Source: Octopus sinensis (lineage: Eukaryota). From it: a stretch of 64,000 nucleotides of DNA. Position numbers and translations under genes: made by a program. Each line of letters opens with the position of its first letter. Position 1 is the stretch's first letter. The notes under the pieces were generated by a model. That model ran no database searches, was not told where the DNA came from, and saw only the letters and a list, made by a program, of their open reading frames with translations. Positions 1-52,000 of the stretch are shown here, in pieces. Where the stretch lies: assembly GCF_006345805.1 (NCBI RefSeq), contig NC_043003.1, forward strand, positions 62,001 through 126,000, written 5' to 3'.

Positions 1-1008
1 TTGATTAACATTCTTTGATTTTGCAGTGAACCATGTCAGTAGTATACCATTAGGGATTGCTTATTGCATCAAGATTTGTACAGCTTTTCTTTGCATGGTT
101 GCTTTTTAAGCTTAGTGTGTATTGGGTAGGTTTGTTGGGCAGGTAGGGGTTGATTCATTCAAATGAATTGTATTTAATGATTATTGCTTTAGAGCAAATG
201 CCTTGTCCCTGTGTCTTGTCACTCAGCTAGGTTCTGCACTGCTCCCATCACCACCACCACTGCATTGCCTATTTCTCGGTTTAATTAATTGGGGTCTCTG
301 GTGTGTGAGGCCATTTCAAAGAAATTATTTAAAAAATTTTTAGTTGTTGCCCACCCTCTTTAAAATTTTTTTTAAAGGTAGATTTAAGCATTCTGTGCGA
401 CATTGTTTATCTCTTCCATATAAGGGCACATCTTGATTAAAATTATCATACATACCACAGTTTGTTAGTACACATTTTACTGCATTTAAATTAATGTAAG
501 AAATAATTAGTGATTTCTCTATCAAGATATAGCAATATTGATTATGGGACGTTCACTATCATCAGACTTATCATGATTGTCATTTGAACATGTGTTTTGC
601 ACTTTTTTAATGGGTTTGATGTATGTTTCCATACTTTTTAATTGGGTTGGACACCAGTTTTTAACTCTTAATGGGCTAGACATTTAGATCAACATTTTTT
701 TAATGGGTTGGGCGAAATGCCCTGTACTTTTAATGGGTTGAGCACACCTTTTTAATGGGTTGGGTAGGTAATTGCTTTTATGTTTTTTAACGGGCTGCAT
801 GTATTGGTAGATTGATTAAAAAGACAGGTTTTTCCATCTGTCATTAATAGAAAATTGTTTAAATTACTGGACAATCTGTTTTAGTTTTATTTCTGGTTGC
901 CAGAGATTGAATTTTAGCTTGGCTAACAGTTCCAAGACACTACAGCATCTTACTGATGTTATGAAAGTATATTTCTGTATTGTATTGTTTTGTACAAATC
1001 AATAGAAT

Positions 1009-1224
1009 TACCATATTTTCTGGCTTATAAGACATGCTCTCACATAAGACGCACCCCTAATTTACAAGTATATTTTTTAGAGAAAACCCCAAATTTAGTG
1101 TTTGATCATACACCCATGCACTCAGTATAGCATCTGTAATACGGTTGCATTAGATGCATAGCAATTTTTTGCTACATTTAAGAATTTAAAAAAATGCATC
1201 ATTTTATATACCCGCATATATGGT
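1009..1224. mobile_element. Degenerate Tc1/mariner(pogo)-like MITE
   Basis: TACCATATTTTCTGGCTTATAAGAC at the left end and TTATATACCCGCATATATGGTA at the right. Confidence 0.45.
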
Positions 1225-1763
1225 AATTCTGTCTTCTGGTATTTCTTTAGTGAATCCAAAATTTGAGTGATATTTTTTTCTCCAAGATGTTCATGATTTC
1301 TCTTCACATTTAATTACCATTCATTAGTGCCCCCCTCTCCCCACACACAACAAGAGAGAGAAAACCTCTGTGGTTTTTCAGCCTGTTGGAAATAGCAACC
1401 AAATCTTCATTTTACACTCATCCATTTTGAAAAAAGTGGTTCATACTGGGTAATATAGTCCTAGAATACACAATATTTGACAGAATGATGGGATGGTCAT
1501 GATTGGTGTGCCCTTGCTCAGGGATATCCTAGAATTAAGCAGCAAGCATCAAATCTTCCTACATGTTAAAATTATTCCAGCTGCCTCTCTCTTCTCTCTC
1601 TCTCTCCTCATCCTTCCTCTATTTTATTACTCAAAATAGCTGCTTCTCACAGTGCAGTTGAAGATTGGTTATGGTCTTAAGACCCTTTGGTTTCTAACCT
1701 GAGATTTCCTATCTTGTAGACATTATTTCATGCTTAATATTTATTATTATTATTATTATTGAA

Positions 1764-2222
1764 GGTGGCGAGCTGGCAGACTCATTAGCACACCAGGCGA
1801 AACACTTAGTGGTATTTCATCTGCTGCTATGTTCTGAGTTCAAATTCTGCCGAGGTTGACTTTGCTTTTCATCCTTTCAGGGTTGATAAATCAAGTACCA
1901 GTCAAGTACTTGGGTCGATATGATTGACTTGCCTCCTCCCCCAAAATTTCAGGCCTTGTGCCTATAGTAGAAAGGATCATTATTATTATTATTATTATTA
2001 TTAAGGTTTGTGAGCTGATAAAACTATTAAAATGCTGGACAAAATGCTGCTAAGCATTTTGTCCAACAATATATTCTGAATTCAAATTCCACTGATGTCG
2101 ACTTTGCCTGAGGTTGACCTTTTAGGGTCAATAAAATGAGTACCAATTGATCACTGGGGTCAATGTAAATGGCTTATCCCTTCCATGGAACTACTGACCT
2201 TGTGCCAAAATTTCCAACCAAT
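1764..2222 (+). mobile_element. Two adjacent SINE family 1 copies (GGTGGCGAGCTGGCAG head, CTTTCATCCTTTCGGGGTCGATAAA core)
   Basis: Same sequence recurs across the window; flanked by (ATT)n. Confidence 0.85.
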
Positions 2223-2414
2223 ATTTTATCCTCATCATAATTTACCACCCATTTTCCATGCTGGCTTTAGTTGGATGGTGTGAAAGGATCCATGGATCCA
2301 AGGACTGCGTTGTGCTCCAGTGTCAGCTTTGCCATGGTTTGCACTGCTGGACACACTTCCTAATGCCAATCACACAATCACATCACAGTGTACTGGGTGC
2401 TAGTTTTTTTCCTT

Positions 2415-2445
<31 letters not shown>

Positions 2446-3452
2446 CCACCATGCATCTTGCTTGCAAGACTACAATCCCTGAATGTGTGGGGGTGGGGTG
2501 TGCAGCTTCATGCTGGGAGAATCTGGAGTAGAGAGGGAGTAAAGTGTGAGAGAAAAGGGCTGCAGCAATTAACGGTTGTTTCTGTTGACTAATGGTGGTT
2601 AGTTCTAGCTAAAAAAACAAACAAACCCAAAAAGGCAAAAACCAATTTTGCAAACTGCTGTCAATTCCCAATTGGAATTATCACAGAGTTTGTTAAACGT
2701 ACTCCTTGTGACATACATTTTCACTTCTCTATTAGCAAGATCCATAGGGGTAGAAGGTAAGCTTTTGACAAGCTCAATCTGTTTCTAGTTATCTGACATT
2801 GTCTCTACCATTCAGTACAGCATGAATGTCACAACGCTGTTACTTCATTCTTATAAAATCACCAAAGTTAATCAAACATTGATGTTAATCTCTCATTACA
2901 AATGTTAACTATTTAAGGATACATCTACCCTCATTTATCATTGGGGTTTGGTTCCAAACATTGCAGTGATAAATGGATCTTCTCTACACACTTTATAAAT
3001 GGAGTGAATGGTAGATTCATTGGCACCAAGCTACTGGCTTCCATGTATTTTCTTGCTTGTCTGCTTTTTGCTGTAGAGAATCCACTTGTCTCTATCATTT
3101 GTTAGGATCAGCTGCATTTGTATTCCTTTTTGTGTTGTTTTTAGCTTACAGGAGATTTCACTGTAGGAAAATTCACCATAAAACAATAAAATAAACTGCA
3201 AAAAATAATTGCATTATTTCATAACAAAATTAAAGTTTTTTTTTAAACTTTTGAACTTTGGTCAAATTAGAAATAGCTTCGGCTCTGCTGTTATTCTGTT
3301 GTTCACTGTTTCTCATCTAATTCAGTGGGGTTTTTTTTTCCAAACTTGTTATTCATTATGTTGCTACAATTGGTAAAAAAGTAAAAGATATGGTTATAAT
3401 TTAATATGTAGAAAAAATAGATTTATATGCTTAAAATATATTTTAATCAACT

Positions 3453-4490
3453 GGAAATGACCAGTGACCGAAACCTTTGGAGGTATGCTGTGCGTGAGAA
3501 AACCCGGCAAGACCAGTGAGAACAATCAAGATCAAACCAAATTGAGGTTGATCAACATCAGGGCCCCCGTGCAGGTGACACGTAAAAGTACCATCCGTTC
3601 GTAGCCGTTTGCCAGCCCTGTCTGGCCCCCGTGTCGGTGACACGTAAAAGCACCATCCGTTCGTGTTCGTTGCCAGCCTGGCCTGGCCCCCGTGCCGGTG
3701 ACACGTAAAAGCACCATCCGTTTGTGGCCGTTTGCCAGCTCTGTCTGGCCCTGTGCCGGTGACACGTAAAAGCACCATCCGTTCATGGCCGTTTGCCAGC
3801 CCTGTCTGGCCCCCATGTCGGTGACATGTAAAAGCACCATCCGTTTGCGGCCGTTTGCCAGCCCTGTCTGGCCCCCATGTCGGTGACATGTAAAAGCACC
3901 ATCCGTTCGTGTCCGTTTGCCAGCCCTGTCTGGCCCCCGTGCCGGTGACACGTAAAAGCACCATCCGTTCGTGTCCGTTTGCCAGCCCTGTCTGGCCCCC
4001 GTGCCGGTGACACGTAAAAGCACCATCCGTTCGTGTCCGTTTGCCAGCCCTGTCTGGCCCCCGTGTCGGTGGCATGTAAAAGCACCATCTGTTCGTGCCC
4101 GTTGCCAGCCTCGCCTGGCCCCCGTGCCGGTGACACGTAAAAGCACCATCCGTTTCGTGGCCGTTTGCCAGCTCTGTCTGGCCCCCGTGTTGGTGGCACG
4201 TAAAAGCACCATCCGTTTGTGTCCGTTGCCAGCCTCGCCTGGCCCCGTGCCGGTGACACGTAAAAGCACCATCCGTTCGTGGCCGTTTGCCAGCTCTGTC
4301 TGGCACCTGTGCGGGTGGCACGTAAAAAGCACCCACTACACTCACGGAGTGGTTGGCGTTAGGAAGGGCATCCAGCCGTAGAAACACTGCAAGATCTGAC
4401 TGGGCCTGATGAAGCCTTCCAGCTTCACAGACCCCAGTTGAACCGTCCAACCCATGCTAGCATGGAGAACGGACGCTAAATGATGATGAT
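3453..4490 (+). mobile_element. RTE LINE 3' end with an expanded internal minisatellite
   Basis: Begins with remnants of the last ORF codons (cf. LW..AVREKTRQD), ends ..GGACGCTAAA(TGA)n. Confidence 0.85.
3565..4330 (+). repeat. ~61-62-bp minisatellite, about 12-13 units
   Basis: Recurring GGTGACACGTAAAAGCACCATCCGTT at 61-62-bp spacing. Confidence 0.95.
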
Positions 4491-5087
4491 GTATATAAAT
4501 ATGTTTTAAACATATAAATGTGCTTTCATTTGCTAATGTGTCTGATTTTACTGCATGTGACATGTTACGTGACCCTAGTTGTATGTACTTATGACTTTGA
4601 TGCTGTCAGTTGCAGCAATGAGTGTTCCAGTTGATCCTCTCAATGGAACAGCCTGCTCATGAAATTAACATACAAGTGGCTGAGTGCTCCACAGACATGT
4701 ATAGGGAGATTTAGCACGACCCACATGATCACAAGGCGACCCTTTGAAATACGAGAACAACTCATTTTTGCCAGCTGAGTGGACTGGGGCAACATGAAAT
4801 AAAGTGTCTTGCTCAAGGATACAGTGCAGTGCTGGGAATCAAACTCACAGCCTTATGGTTGAGGTCCAAATACCCCTAGCTGCTGAACCACCTGCCTTCA
4901 CACATGAGAAACTTTATCTGAATTTGTTTGACTTGTATAGAAACAAATGAATTTTTTGTATTATTTTCTCCACGCATTTGCCTCTCACTGTTGTAAAACA
5001 ATTGCCTAAGAGTGTAGTAAAACCACATTTCAACTTCCTTTGAATAAAATTTAACAATTATACATAGATATAACAACTTCAGCTTGT

Positions 5088-5326
5088 CTCCACATGGCTT
5101 AGTTTCATGCACATAGGACAAGTCCATCTTATCAGATGCTAGGAGCAGAATGAGAGAATTTTTGAAAGACATTCAAGACGTTTCTAGATAACCCAAACTG
5201 ACCAATAAATGTCTAACACCTAGAACCTACTTTGAATTTCTCTCAAAAAAGATCTCTCATTCTGCTCCTAGCATCTGATGAGATGGAGGTGTCCTACAGA
5301 CCCATGAAACTTCAAGTCATGTGGAG
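5088..5326. repeat. Fold-back inverted repeat, ~70-bp arms
   Basis: 5088-5158 is complementary to 5253-5326 (shared ATCAGATGCTAGGAGCAGAATGAGAGA core). Confidence 0.85.
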
Positions 5327-6479
5327 CTTGAGTTATACTGCTAACTTCTACTAAATGTGTTGAGTGCTGTTCATTTATATATTATTGATACTGGTGGAGG
5401 ATTTATATAACTTATTCAAGTTTTTAATTTTTTTCTTTGGATATTAAATCTAAATGCTCTTCACTCATCTGTGAAATAATAAGAGGAACATGTCATATTT
5501 TCTGTGAGATAAACCAAGGCAAACAGGTTTATATCTGTTGCTTTGAGGCAGAAAAACCTAATTTAATTGCTATTTGATATTTTAGCCACGAGTCCATTAA
5601 TGTCACCTAACACCCATTTTGCTTTTTTTCTTAACCTTTCACCCTTTCTAACTAACAACAACTAAGATTGATAAAATAAGTTAATAGCAATAAAAAGTTA
5701 ATTTTTCCTTAGTTTTCAGAATGAGATAAATTGGTAAAAACAATTTCTACTGAACATTATAGAGTAGGGAAAATATTGCAGTTATTTAAATAGAGATTAC
5801 TCCCTGTAACTTATTGGAGTTGAGCTTTTGGCTATGAGTTCTTGTCTTATGATCAAGAGCTTTGTGCTGTTGAAAGAGAGCACTGTTATTAAGGGTTAGA
5901 TGTTTTGTTTTGTTGGTTGTTTATGAATAGTAAAACTGGGTAAACTGAGAGGAAAATGGCGTTAGTGGAATTAGTTGCATTGTGTGGTTGATGCCAGGCC
6001 CCTTGCTCCGACTGGCTCCTGTGCTGGTGGCACATAAAAAGCACCATCTGAATGTGGTCGATGCCAGCCCCCTCTGACCCCTGTGCTGATAGCATGTAAA
6101 AAGCACCCACTACACTCTTGATGTGGTTGGCATTAGGAAGGGCATCCAGCTGTAGAAACACTGCCAGATCAGATTGGAGTCAAGTGCAGCCTGCTGGCTT
6201 CCCAGACCCCAGTTGAACCGTCCAACCCATGCCAGCATGGAAAACGGACGTTAAATGATGATGATGATGATGATGTGTAACTGTAGGAAGAAGCATGACT
6301 CTTGGGTTCAATTCCATATGTGGCACTTTGGGCAAGTGTCTTCTATGGTAGCCTTTGGCTGACCACAGCTTTGTGCGTGGATTTGGTGGATGACAACTAG
6401 ATGTTCCTTGCCAACCTTCACCTTGAAAACAGGTGTGGGTAGGTGAAGAGAAGGGCATCTGTCTGATCCATGCAAGCAA

Positions 6480-6650
6480 GGGAATTCGGATGGTATGATG
6501 ATGAATTTTGCAAGACTGCATTGGTATGGACATGTGATGGAGAAGGGTGAGAATTGGTCAAGTAAATGTGTTTGAATTCAAGTAGTTGGAGCTTACTGGA
6601 GTAAGATCTGCGAAGAGGTGGGGGAGAAGGATTGCAGGATGCTGTGTTGG
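6480..6650 (+). mobile_element. Old degenerate RTE-like LINE 3' remnant
   Basis: AGACTGCATTGGTATGGGACATGTG resembles the RLRWYGHV segment. Confidence 0.45.
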
Positions 6651-6947
6651 ATGAAACCTCTGTTTTCATGTCAGTATTTAAAAATAAAAAGCATAAAAAT
6701 ATGTAATACCCACATTTACATTGTGTGTAGAAATGTAGTTTTATTACAATAAAATGTAGAGTCACAGTGGGCCCTGACTTTGTTGTTGGATCTTTTGATG
6801 AAACAAAGGGTTTGCAAGTCATTTTGCTATTGCTTGTTGCTGTCTATGAACAAGATCTGTAGCTGAAAGTTGATTTGGGGGTTAATAGGTGCCATAAGTG
6901 GGTTAGTCCACGTTACTCCATAATCGCTGGTTTCCAGGTTTATCTGG

Positions 6948-6949
<2 letters not shown>

Positions 6950-7002
<53 letters not shown>

Positions 7003-7045
7003 ATACATACATACATACATACATACACACAAACACACACACACT
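6950..7045. repeat. (TA)n(TACA)n(CA)n microsatellite
   Basis: Direct inspection. Confidence 0.95.
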
Positions 7046-7602
7046 TCCTTGGACTGGATGCCACTCTGCAGTCTGTTGCAGGATTACTCTTTTTTGCCAG
7101 CTGAGTGGACTGGAGTAATGTGAAATGAAGTGTTTTGCTCAAGGACACAGTACATTGCCTGGTCCAGGAATTGAAACATTAACCATATGATAATGAGTCC
7201 AGCACCCTAACCACTAAGCCATGCACCTACATGCAAGTGCCATAAGCAGCACCATTTTATTAGATTGCAGTCTTGTGTCTACATCCAGCTGAGTAAACTT
7301 TGAAAAATATGCTCCATCAGACCAACTTGTTCTAGACATACCACAAGAAAACAAAATATATTTAGGAAGTCTCTTTAAAACACATCAATGGATGATTATA
7401 CAGTTCATCCTCCAGATTTGTGTGTGTTTGCATGTGCTCCAGTTCCTGTTTTTCTGTTTTTACAAGACTTGCCGACATCCTCAATTAGCTTTTCAGCAAA
7501 TGAACCGACCGGACCAAGCAAGTTAATACTGCTTTCTCTATGGGTCTTCTCTTTTACTCCAACCATTGGTGTTTTTCTTTTTTTTTCTTTTGTGTGTTTT
7601 AG

Positions 7603-45896
<38,294 letters not shown>

Positions 45897-46147
45897 AGTC
45901 AAATCTATTTTTAGGACATCAATCTTGGCAATGTTTTTGCCGTATGAACTCTTTGCAGAGTCAGTCACCATTGATTACATTGAAAGTTCCATTTTTATGC
46001 CAACTGGTATCAACACAACACACAACACACACCACACACACACAACACACACACACACACACACACACACACTACTAAAACTAGAATTTGGTCAGAAGAG
46101 CCGATTGGATTAACGTTTTGAAGATCTGCTGCTATTGGTCAATTAAA

Positions 46148-46153
46148 AATAAA
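46148..46153 (+). promoter_or_regulatory. Candidate polyadenylation signal of SETDB1
   Basis: First AATAAA after the stop codon, about 250 nt downstream. Confidence 0.55.
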
Positions 46154-46894
46154 CTTCTTCATTTCAATTGATCACATAATCTGCGCTCTGATGGCCTCAC
46201 CATTTGACTGACCATAGTGCTGACAACTCCATGCATTTAAAGACATTTCTTGTGTGGTCAATTTGGAGGAGATTCTTAGGAACTGATTTCAAAAATTCCA
46301 TTTTGTTTGTAACTGTTGTTATTGGGATCCAAGGAAGAGCAATTAGAAAAACCCAAAAAGCTATGACTTTTTATTATAGAAAGAATAGTGCCTCTTATGC
46401 TGGTATTTGTACAAGTGTGTGTGTGTGCATGTACACATTACAGAAACTCCCTTTCCATTATTGGCCACCACCATCAGTCATACCTTGTTTGTTATTTATT
46501 TTCTTTTTTGGTTTATTTGGCAATGTCTCATTGGAAGCAGGATTTAAGTAAAGACCGTACATGCAAAATTGATAAACTACCACTTTTAGCTGATGTCAAC
46601 AAAATTTGGAAACATTAACTTTCTAATTTGTTGCTATTTAACCAAAAACCCATTCACATCAGAATCAATGATATTTTACTTTTCTCTTTCACAGACCCAG
46701 CATGTTACGATTGGTCTTTGGAAGTTTTGATCTCTTAACACCCTTATTGGTTATCTTGCCAACTTGGGTGGATAAAAAAAAAACAACAAAAAAACCCTTT
46801 CATGATCATATAACCAGAATTTAGGGTAGATTTAAAAATAAAGACTTAGCGTTTTAAACACTAAGAATCTGACCATTATCATCAGAATTCTTAA

Positions 46895-47090
46895 GGTGGC
46901 AGAATTGTTAGCAGCGCCAGGTGAAATGCTTAGCGGTATTTCGTCTGTTCCGAGTTAAAATTCCGCCAAGGTTGACTTTGCCTTTCATCCTTGATAAATT
47001 AAGTACCAGTTATGCACTGGGGTCAATGTAATCAACTTATCCCCTCCCCTCCAAAAAAATGTCTGCCCTTGTGGCAAAATTTAAAACCAT
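46895..47090 (+). mobile_element. SINE family 1
   Basis: Homology to other copies. Confidence 0.8.
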
Positions 47091-47744
47091 TATTATCAGA
47101 ATTTGTATTTCATTTAATATCGGGTTTTATATTTTACTGTAGCAAATCAAAATAGACATTTTAAAAAAAATCCAGTTTATCCATTCTACCTTCCCTCCCC
47201 CCCCTCCACACACAATACTGGAATAAACATTCAAATTGCCAGGCTATATTTTTAAACTGACGGATTGCAATTTCTTCCCAAAACCGTGTCTTGCGTATTT
47301 CATCACCCACTTGTCTATGTTCATTGTGCTTTGTTCTTTTATTTGTGTACTTGAATAGAAATAAAATATTTGCCACATGATTTACAGAAGCTTTGACTTC
47401 AGGTTGCCAATTCAAATGTGCAGAAAAGCAGGTCGCACGAATAAGCTTTGTCCCCCAATGACATCCAATTGTTATGCTAAAGTCTTGAGGGCACTGATTA
47501 TCGTATTCTTTAAGAAAGTCTCATGGTGTTCAACAATTTGGTAAAGGCAAGAAATATGTTCTTTTTTCAACTGCAGAAAAGAAAATATAAATATATCATT
47601 AAAGGTAAGATGATTAACAGTTAGTAAATTCTTGATTAGGCACATAATTACTTTTTGCTATGGGGGACAGGTTATGTTATAGGTACTATAATTTTTAGAA
47701 GACAAGCAAAAAAAAAAAAAAAAAATAACAATAGACCAAACAAA

Positions 47745-48045
47745 ACGAAAAACATTAAATCAAACCCAAAGGCCTTCTTTCATTACGCGAAAGAAACAGT
47801 TTCAGTGCACTACAAGATAGGACCCCTCCTCCAAACGGATGGCTCCCTCACAGACAGTTCAACTATGATCAGTGAGATGCAGAATGACCAGTTCAAAAGT
47901 GTCTTTACCACCCCGTTGGAACACAGACAAGTGAACGAACCAGTGGACTTCTTTGCCACCTCACCTATAACCAGCGAGGCGGTTACAATAGAATGTATTG
48001 ACTTAGTGAAAATGTCCTACTAGCCATAGACGAAGTGGACACAAA
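47745..48045 (+). mobile_element. CR1-like LINE ORF2 fragment
   Basis: NIKSNPKAFFHYAK..IGPLL..G.LT..EMQNDQFKSVFT. Confidence 0.7.
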
Positions 48046-48049
48046 CTGT

Positions 48050-48428
48050 ATAGATATATATGTGTGTGTGTATATATATATATATATATGTGTGTGTGTA
48101 TATATATATGTGTGTGGTGTGTATATATATATATATATGTGTGTATATATACATATATGAGTATGTATGTATGTATATATATGTGTATGTATATATATGT
48201 GTGTGTGTGTATGTAATGGTATGTGTGTGTGTATATATGTGTGTATGTATATATATATATGTGTGTATGTATATATATATATGTGTGTATATGTATATAT
48301 ATATGTGTATATATGTGTGTGTGTGTGTATATATATATGTGTGTGTGTGTGTGTATGTATATGTGTGTGTGTGTGTTATATATATGTGTGTGTGTGTATA
48401 TATATATAATATGTGGTTGTGTGTTGTG

Positions 48429-48471
<43 letters not shown>

Positions 48472-48832
48472 TGTGTGTGTATATATATATATGTGTGTGT
48501 ATATATATATGTGGTGTGTATATATAATGTGTGTGTGTATATATATATCATATGTGTGTATTTATATTATGTGTGTGTGTGTATATATATATATGTGTGT
48601 TGTGGTATATATATATTGTGTGGGTGTGTATATATAGATATATGTTGTTGTGTGTGTGGTATATATATATATGTGTGTGTGTGTATATATATATGTGTGT
48701 GTGTGTGATATATATATACTATATTGTGTGTGTGTGTATTATATATATATATGTGTGTGTGTGTGTATATATATATATAATAGTGTGTGTGTGTGTGTAT
48801 TATATATATATGTGTGTGTGATATATATTATG
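48050..48832. repeat. Compound (TA)n/(TG)n microsatellite
   Basis: Direct inspection. Confidence 0.97.
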
Positions 48833-48924
48833 TAAGATGTGGTTGGCATTAAGTATGGCATCCAGCTGTAAAACACGCCAGATCAGACTGGAGCCTGGTG
48901 CAGCCTCTTGGCTTCCAGAACCCG

Positions 48925-49024
48925 NNNNNNNNNNNNNNNNNNNNNNNNNNNNNNNNNNNNNNNNNNNNNNNNNNNNNNNNNNNNNNNNNNNNNNNNNNNN
49001 NNNNNNNNNNNNNNNNNNNNNNNN
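48925..49024. other. Assembly gap (100 N)
   Basis: Run of N between oppositely oriented LINE tails. Confidence 1.
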
Positions 49025-52000
49025 TTTTGTGTCCCAAGAAGGGAAGGTATGCATACGTAGGCTGGCTCCATCCCAAGTAGAAGGCCAAGGGTTATGGACT
49101 CACTTGTCCTGCCAGGTCTTCTCGCGCACAGCACACTTCCAGGGGACTCGGTCTGTAGTCATTTCCTCAGTGAGACCTAAAGTTCGAAGGTCGTGCTTCA
49201 CCACCTCGTCCCAGGTTTTCCTGGGTCTGCCTCTTCCACAGGTTCCCTCAACCGCTAGGGTGTGGCACTTTTTCACACAACTATCTTCATCCATTCTCGC
49301 CACATGACCATACCAGCGCAATCGTCTCTCATGCACACCACAACTGATGCTTCTTAGGTCCAGCTTTTCTCTCAAGGTACTTACACTCTGTCGATTATGA
49401 ACACTGACATTACACATCCATCGGAGCATACTGGCTTCATTTCTTGCGAGCTTACGCATATCCTCAGCAGTCACGGCCCATGTTTCACTGCCATGTAGCA
49501 TGGCTGTTCGTACACACGCATCATACGTCTGCAGTCTGTTCACTCTGTGCGAGAGGCCTTTTGTCACCAGCAGGGGTAAGAGCTCTCTGAACTTTGCCCA
49601 AGCTATTCTTACTCTAGCAGTTACACTTTCAGCACACCCCCCCCCCGCTGCTGACTTGGTCACCTAGGTAACGGAAACTATCAACTATTTCTAGTTTTTC
49701 TCCCTGGAAAGTGACGGAAGTTGGTCTCACAGAGCATTTTCAGTGTTTATTGTTCCTGAGCATCTGCCACATACAAAAACCATCTTCCTAGTTAGCCTTC
49801 CTTTGACATTGCTGCACCTCTTATGTGTCCATAGCTTACACTTGGTGCATCTTGTAGAGTTTCTACCTACACCCTTTCTACAGATCGAGCAGGGCCATCT
49901 ACCTGAAGGCGTTTGTGATTTGTCTACCTTCCTACTGATTACGACTTTGGTTTTAGCTAGATTGACTCTGAGGCCCTTCGATTCTAATCCTTGTTTCCAC
50001 ACCTGAAACTTCTCCTCCAGTTCTGATAGCGACTCAGCAATTAGAGCAAGGTCATCAGCATAGAGGAGCTCCCAAGGGCATCCTGTCTTGAATTCCTCCC
50101 TTTTGATGCCTGGAGGACTATGATAAATAGGAGGGGGCTGAGTACTGAGCCTTGGTGGACCCCTACCTCTACCCGGAATTCTTCACTGTACTCATTTCCA
50201 ACCCTTGTACAGCTCTCACTAACCATTCATCTATCCCTAGTTTCCTCATTGCTCACCAGATAAGGGATCGGGGGACCCTGTCGAAGGCTTTCTCCATGTC
50301 AACAAAAGCCAGGTACAGGAGCTTATCTTTGGCTAGGTATTTCTCCTGCAGCTGCCTTAACAGGAATATAGCATCAGTAGTACTTTTCCCTGGCACAAAC
50401 CCAAACTGCATCTCATCTAAACTAACTCTCTCTCTAATTAGTTGGGGTATGACCCTCTCCGTAACCTTCATCACCTGATCCAACAGCTTGATACCTCTGT
50501 AATTATTTGTATCTAGGGCGTCACCTTTACCTTTGTAGCAGTTGACAATTATGCTGCTACACCAGTCATTGGGTATGACTCCTTTGTGTATCACCTGATT
50601 AACTATATGGGTGACTAGGCTATAGCCGACACTACCAGACATTTTGAGCATCTCTGCAGTGATTCCTGATGGGCCTGGGGCTTTTCCTGTCTTCATGCTT
50701 CTAATTGCCTTAGCTACCACGGAACTATCAACTCGGATAGCTGGTCCCTCTGTTGGGTCAACATTCGGCAGACTCTCTTTATCCCATTCATTTTCTTTAT
50801 TCATCAAACTTTCATAGTGGCATCTCCAAGCCTCTCTCTTTGCATCCTCATTTAGCGCAAGTGAACCATCTTCCATGCGAACACACTTCTCTCCTATCAC
50901 ATCACGATTCTCTCTCACACACTGTCTTGCAACGCGAAACACCTCCAGTCTTTGGTCCTCACGGCGCAGAACATTGGCAAATTTTTTCTTATCTGCTTCC
51001 CCCTCTGGCTAAATAAACCTGTCTCTTAGCTTCTCTTTTGGCAGTCTGATACAATTCCCTGCTACCCCCCATTTTTCCAGACCTTCCAAGCCTGTCTCTT
51101 TTCTCTAATAGCCCTGTCTACAATATTGTTCCACCACCACGTTATTCTAGGTCGAGAGGGGACTTTGCACCAGCCACAGATCTGGTCAGTGGCTCTCAGC
51201 AGGTTGTCCCTTAGAAACGTCCAGCTGTCTTCTACCCCCTGTGATGCTCTATCCCCTTCTACTTCGTCAGAGGCTTCAAGTAATATGTCTCTAAATCTCT
51301 CTGTCCATTTGCAGGATCTTTAAGCTTCCAGATCCTTCTTCTCCATATTGGTCGTCTTCTGGTTGTCCTCCTAGTCCTGATCCTAAAGTCACTAACTACC
51401 AGTCTATGTTGTGGGGTACATTCTTCACCTGGGAAGGTTTTGGCATTTATAAGCAGCCATCTCTCCCTTTGCCTTGCAAGGATGTAGTCAATTTGGCTGG
51501 TATGTTGGCCCGATCGTAAGTGACTAGGTGGCTGGTAGGTTTCCTGAAGTTAGTGTTGCAAATCATAAGATTATTTGCATGCGCAGAACTCCAGCAGCCT
51601 GGTTCCCTCCTCTGTTTCGGGAGCCATAGCCATAGCCTCCATGTACGCCATGGAAGCCCCCAGCATGTCGTCCAACGTGACCATTGAAGTCACCAGCCAC
51701 AAAGATAAGGTCTCTGTCGTTCGTCAACGAGGTAGTCTGCAGTAGAGTGTCATAGAATCGGTCTTTCTGTCCATCGGGTAGCCCCGTCTGAGGAGCATAG
51801 GCTGATATAATGGTTGCTAAACTATATGAAGCACTAATCTAATCTTAAGTATTCTGTCACATACTCTGATTACCTCAATTACTTTATCTACCCATTTCTC
51901 AGCGATAAGTATACCCACGCCACCAACCCCGTCAGTGTTCCCTGCCCAGAAAATCTTGTACCTGCGTTCCTTGCCTGTGAGGAACCTAGCTGATCCTCCT

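Noticed and set aside
904-966. Open 63-nt exon-like stretch (RLNFSLANSSK..)
   Set aside because: No homology support and phase not linkable to the first confirmed exon.
2736-2756. 21-nt SETDB1 micro-exon with a strong AAG|gtaagc donor
   Set aside because: Phase fits, but the peptide RSIGVE does not supply the expected GxRV(I/V)A Tudor residues.
4400-4440. Hammerhead in the RTE tail (CCTGATGAAG)
   Set aside because: No stem II followed by GAAA and no stem I partner.
3443-4450. 335-aa repeat protein
   Set aside because: It arises from a stop-free 62-bp minisatellite in a LINE 3' UTR, open in several frames at once.
7468-7521. Upstream SETDB1 exon (TCRHPQLAFQQ..)
   Set aside because: Weak donor and no match to the conserved Tudor segment; the true upstream exon is probably outside the window.
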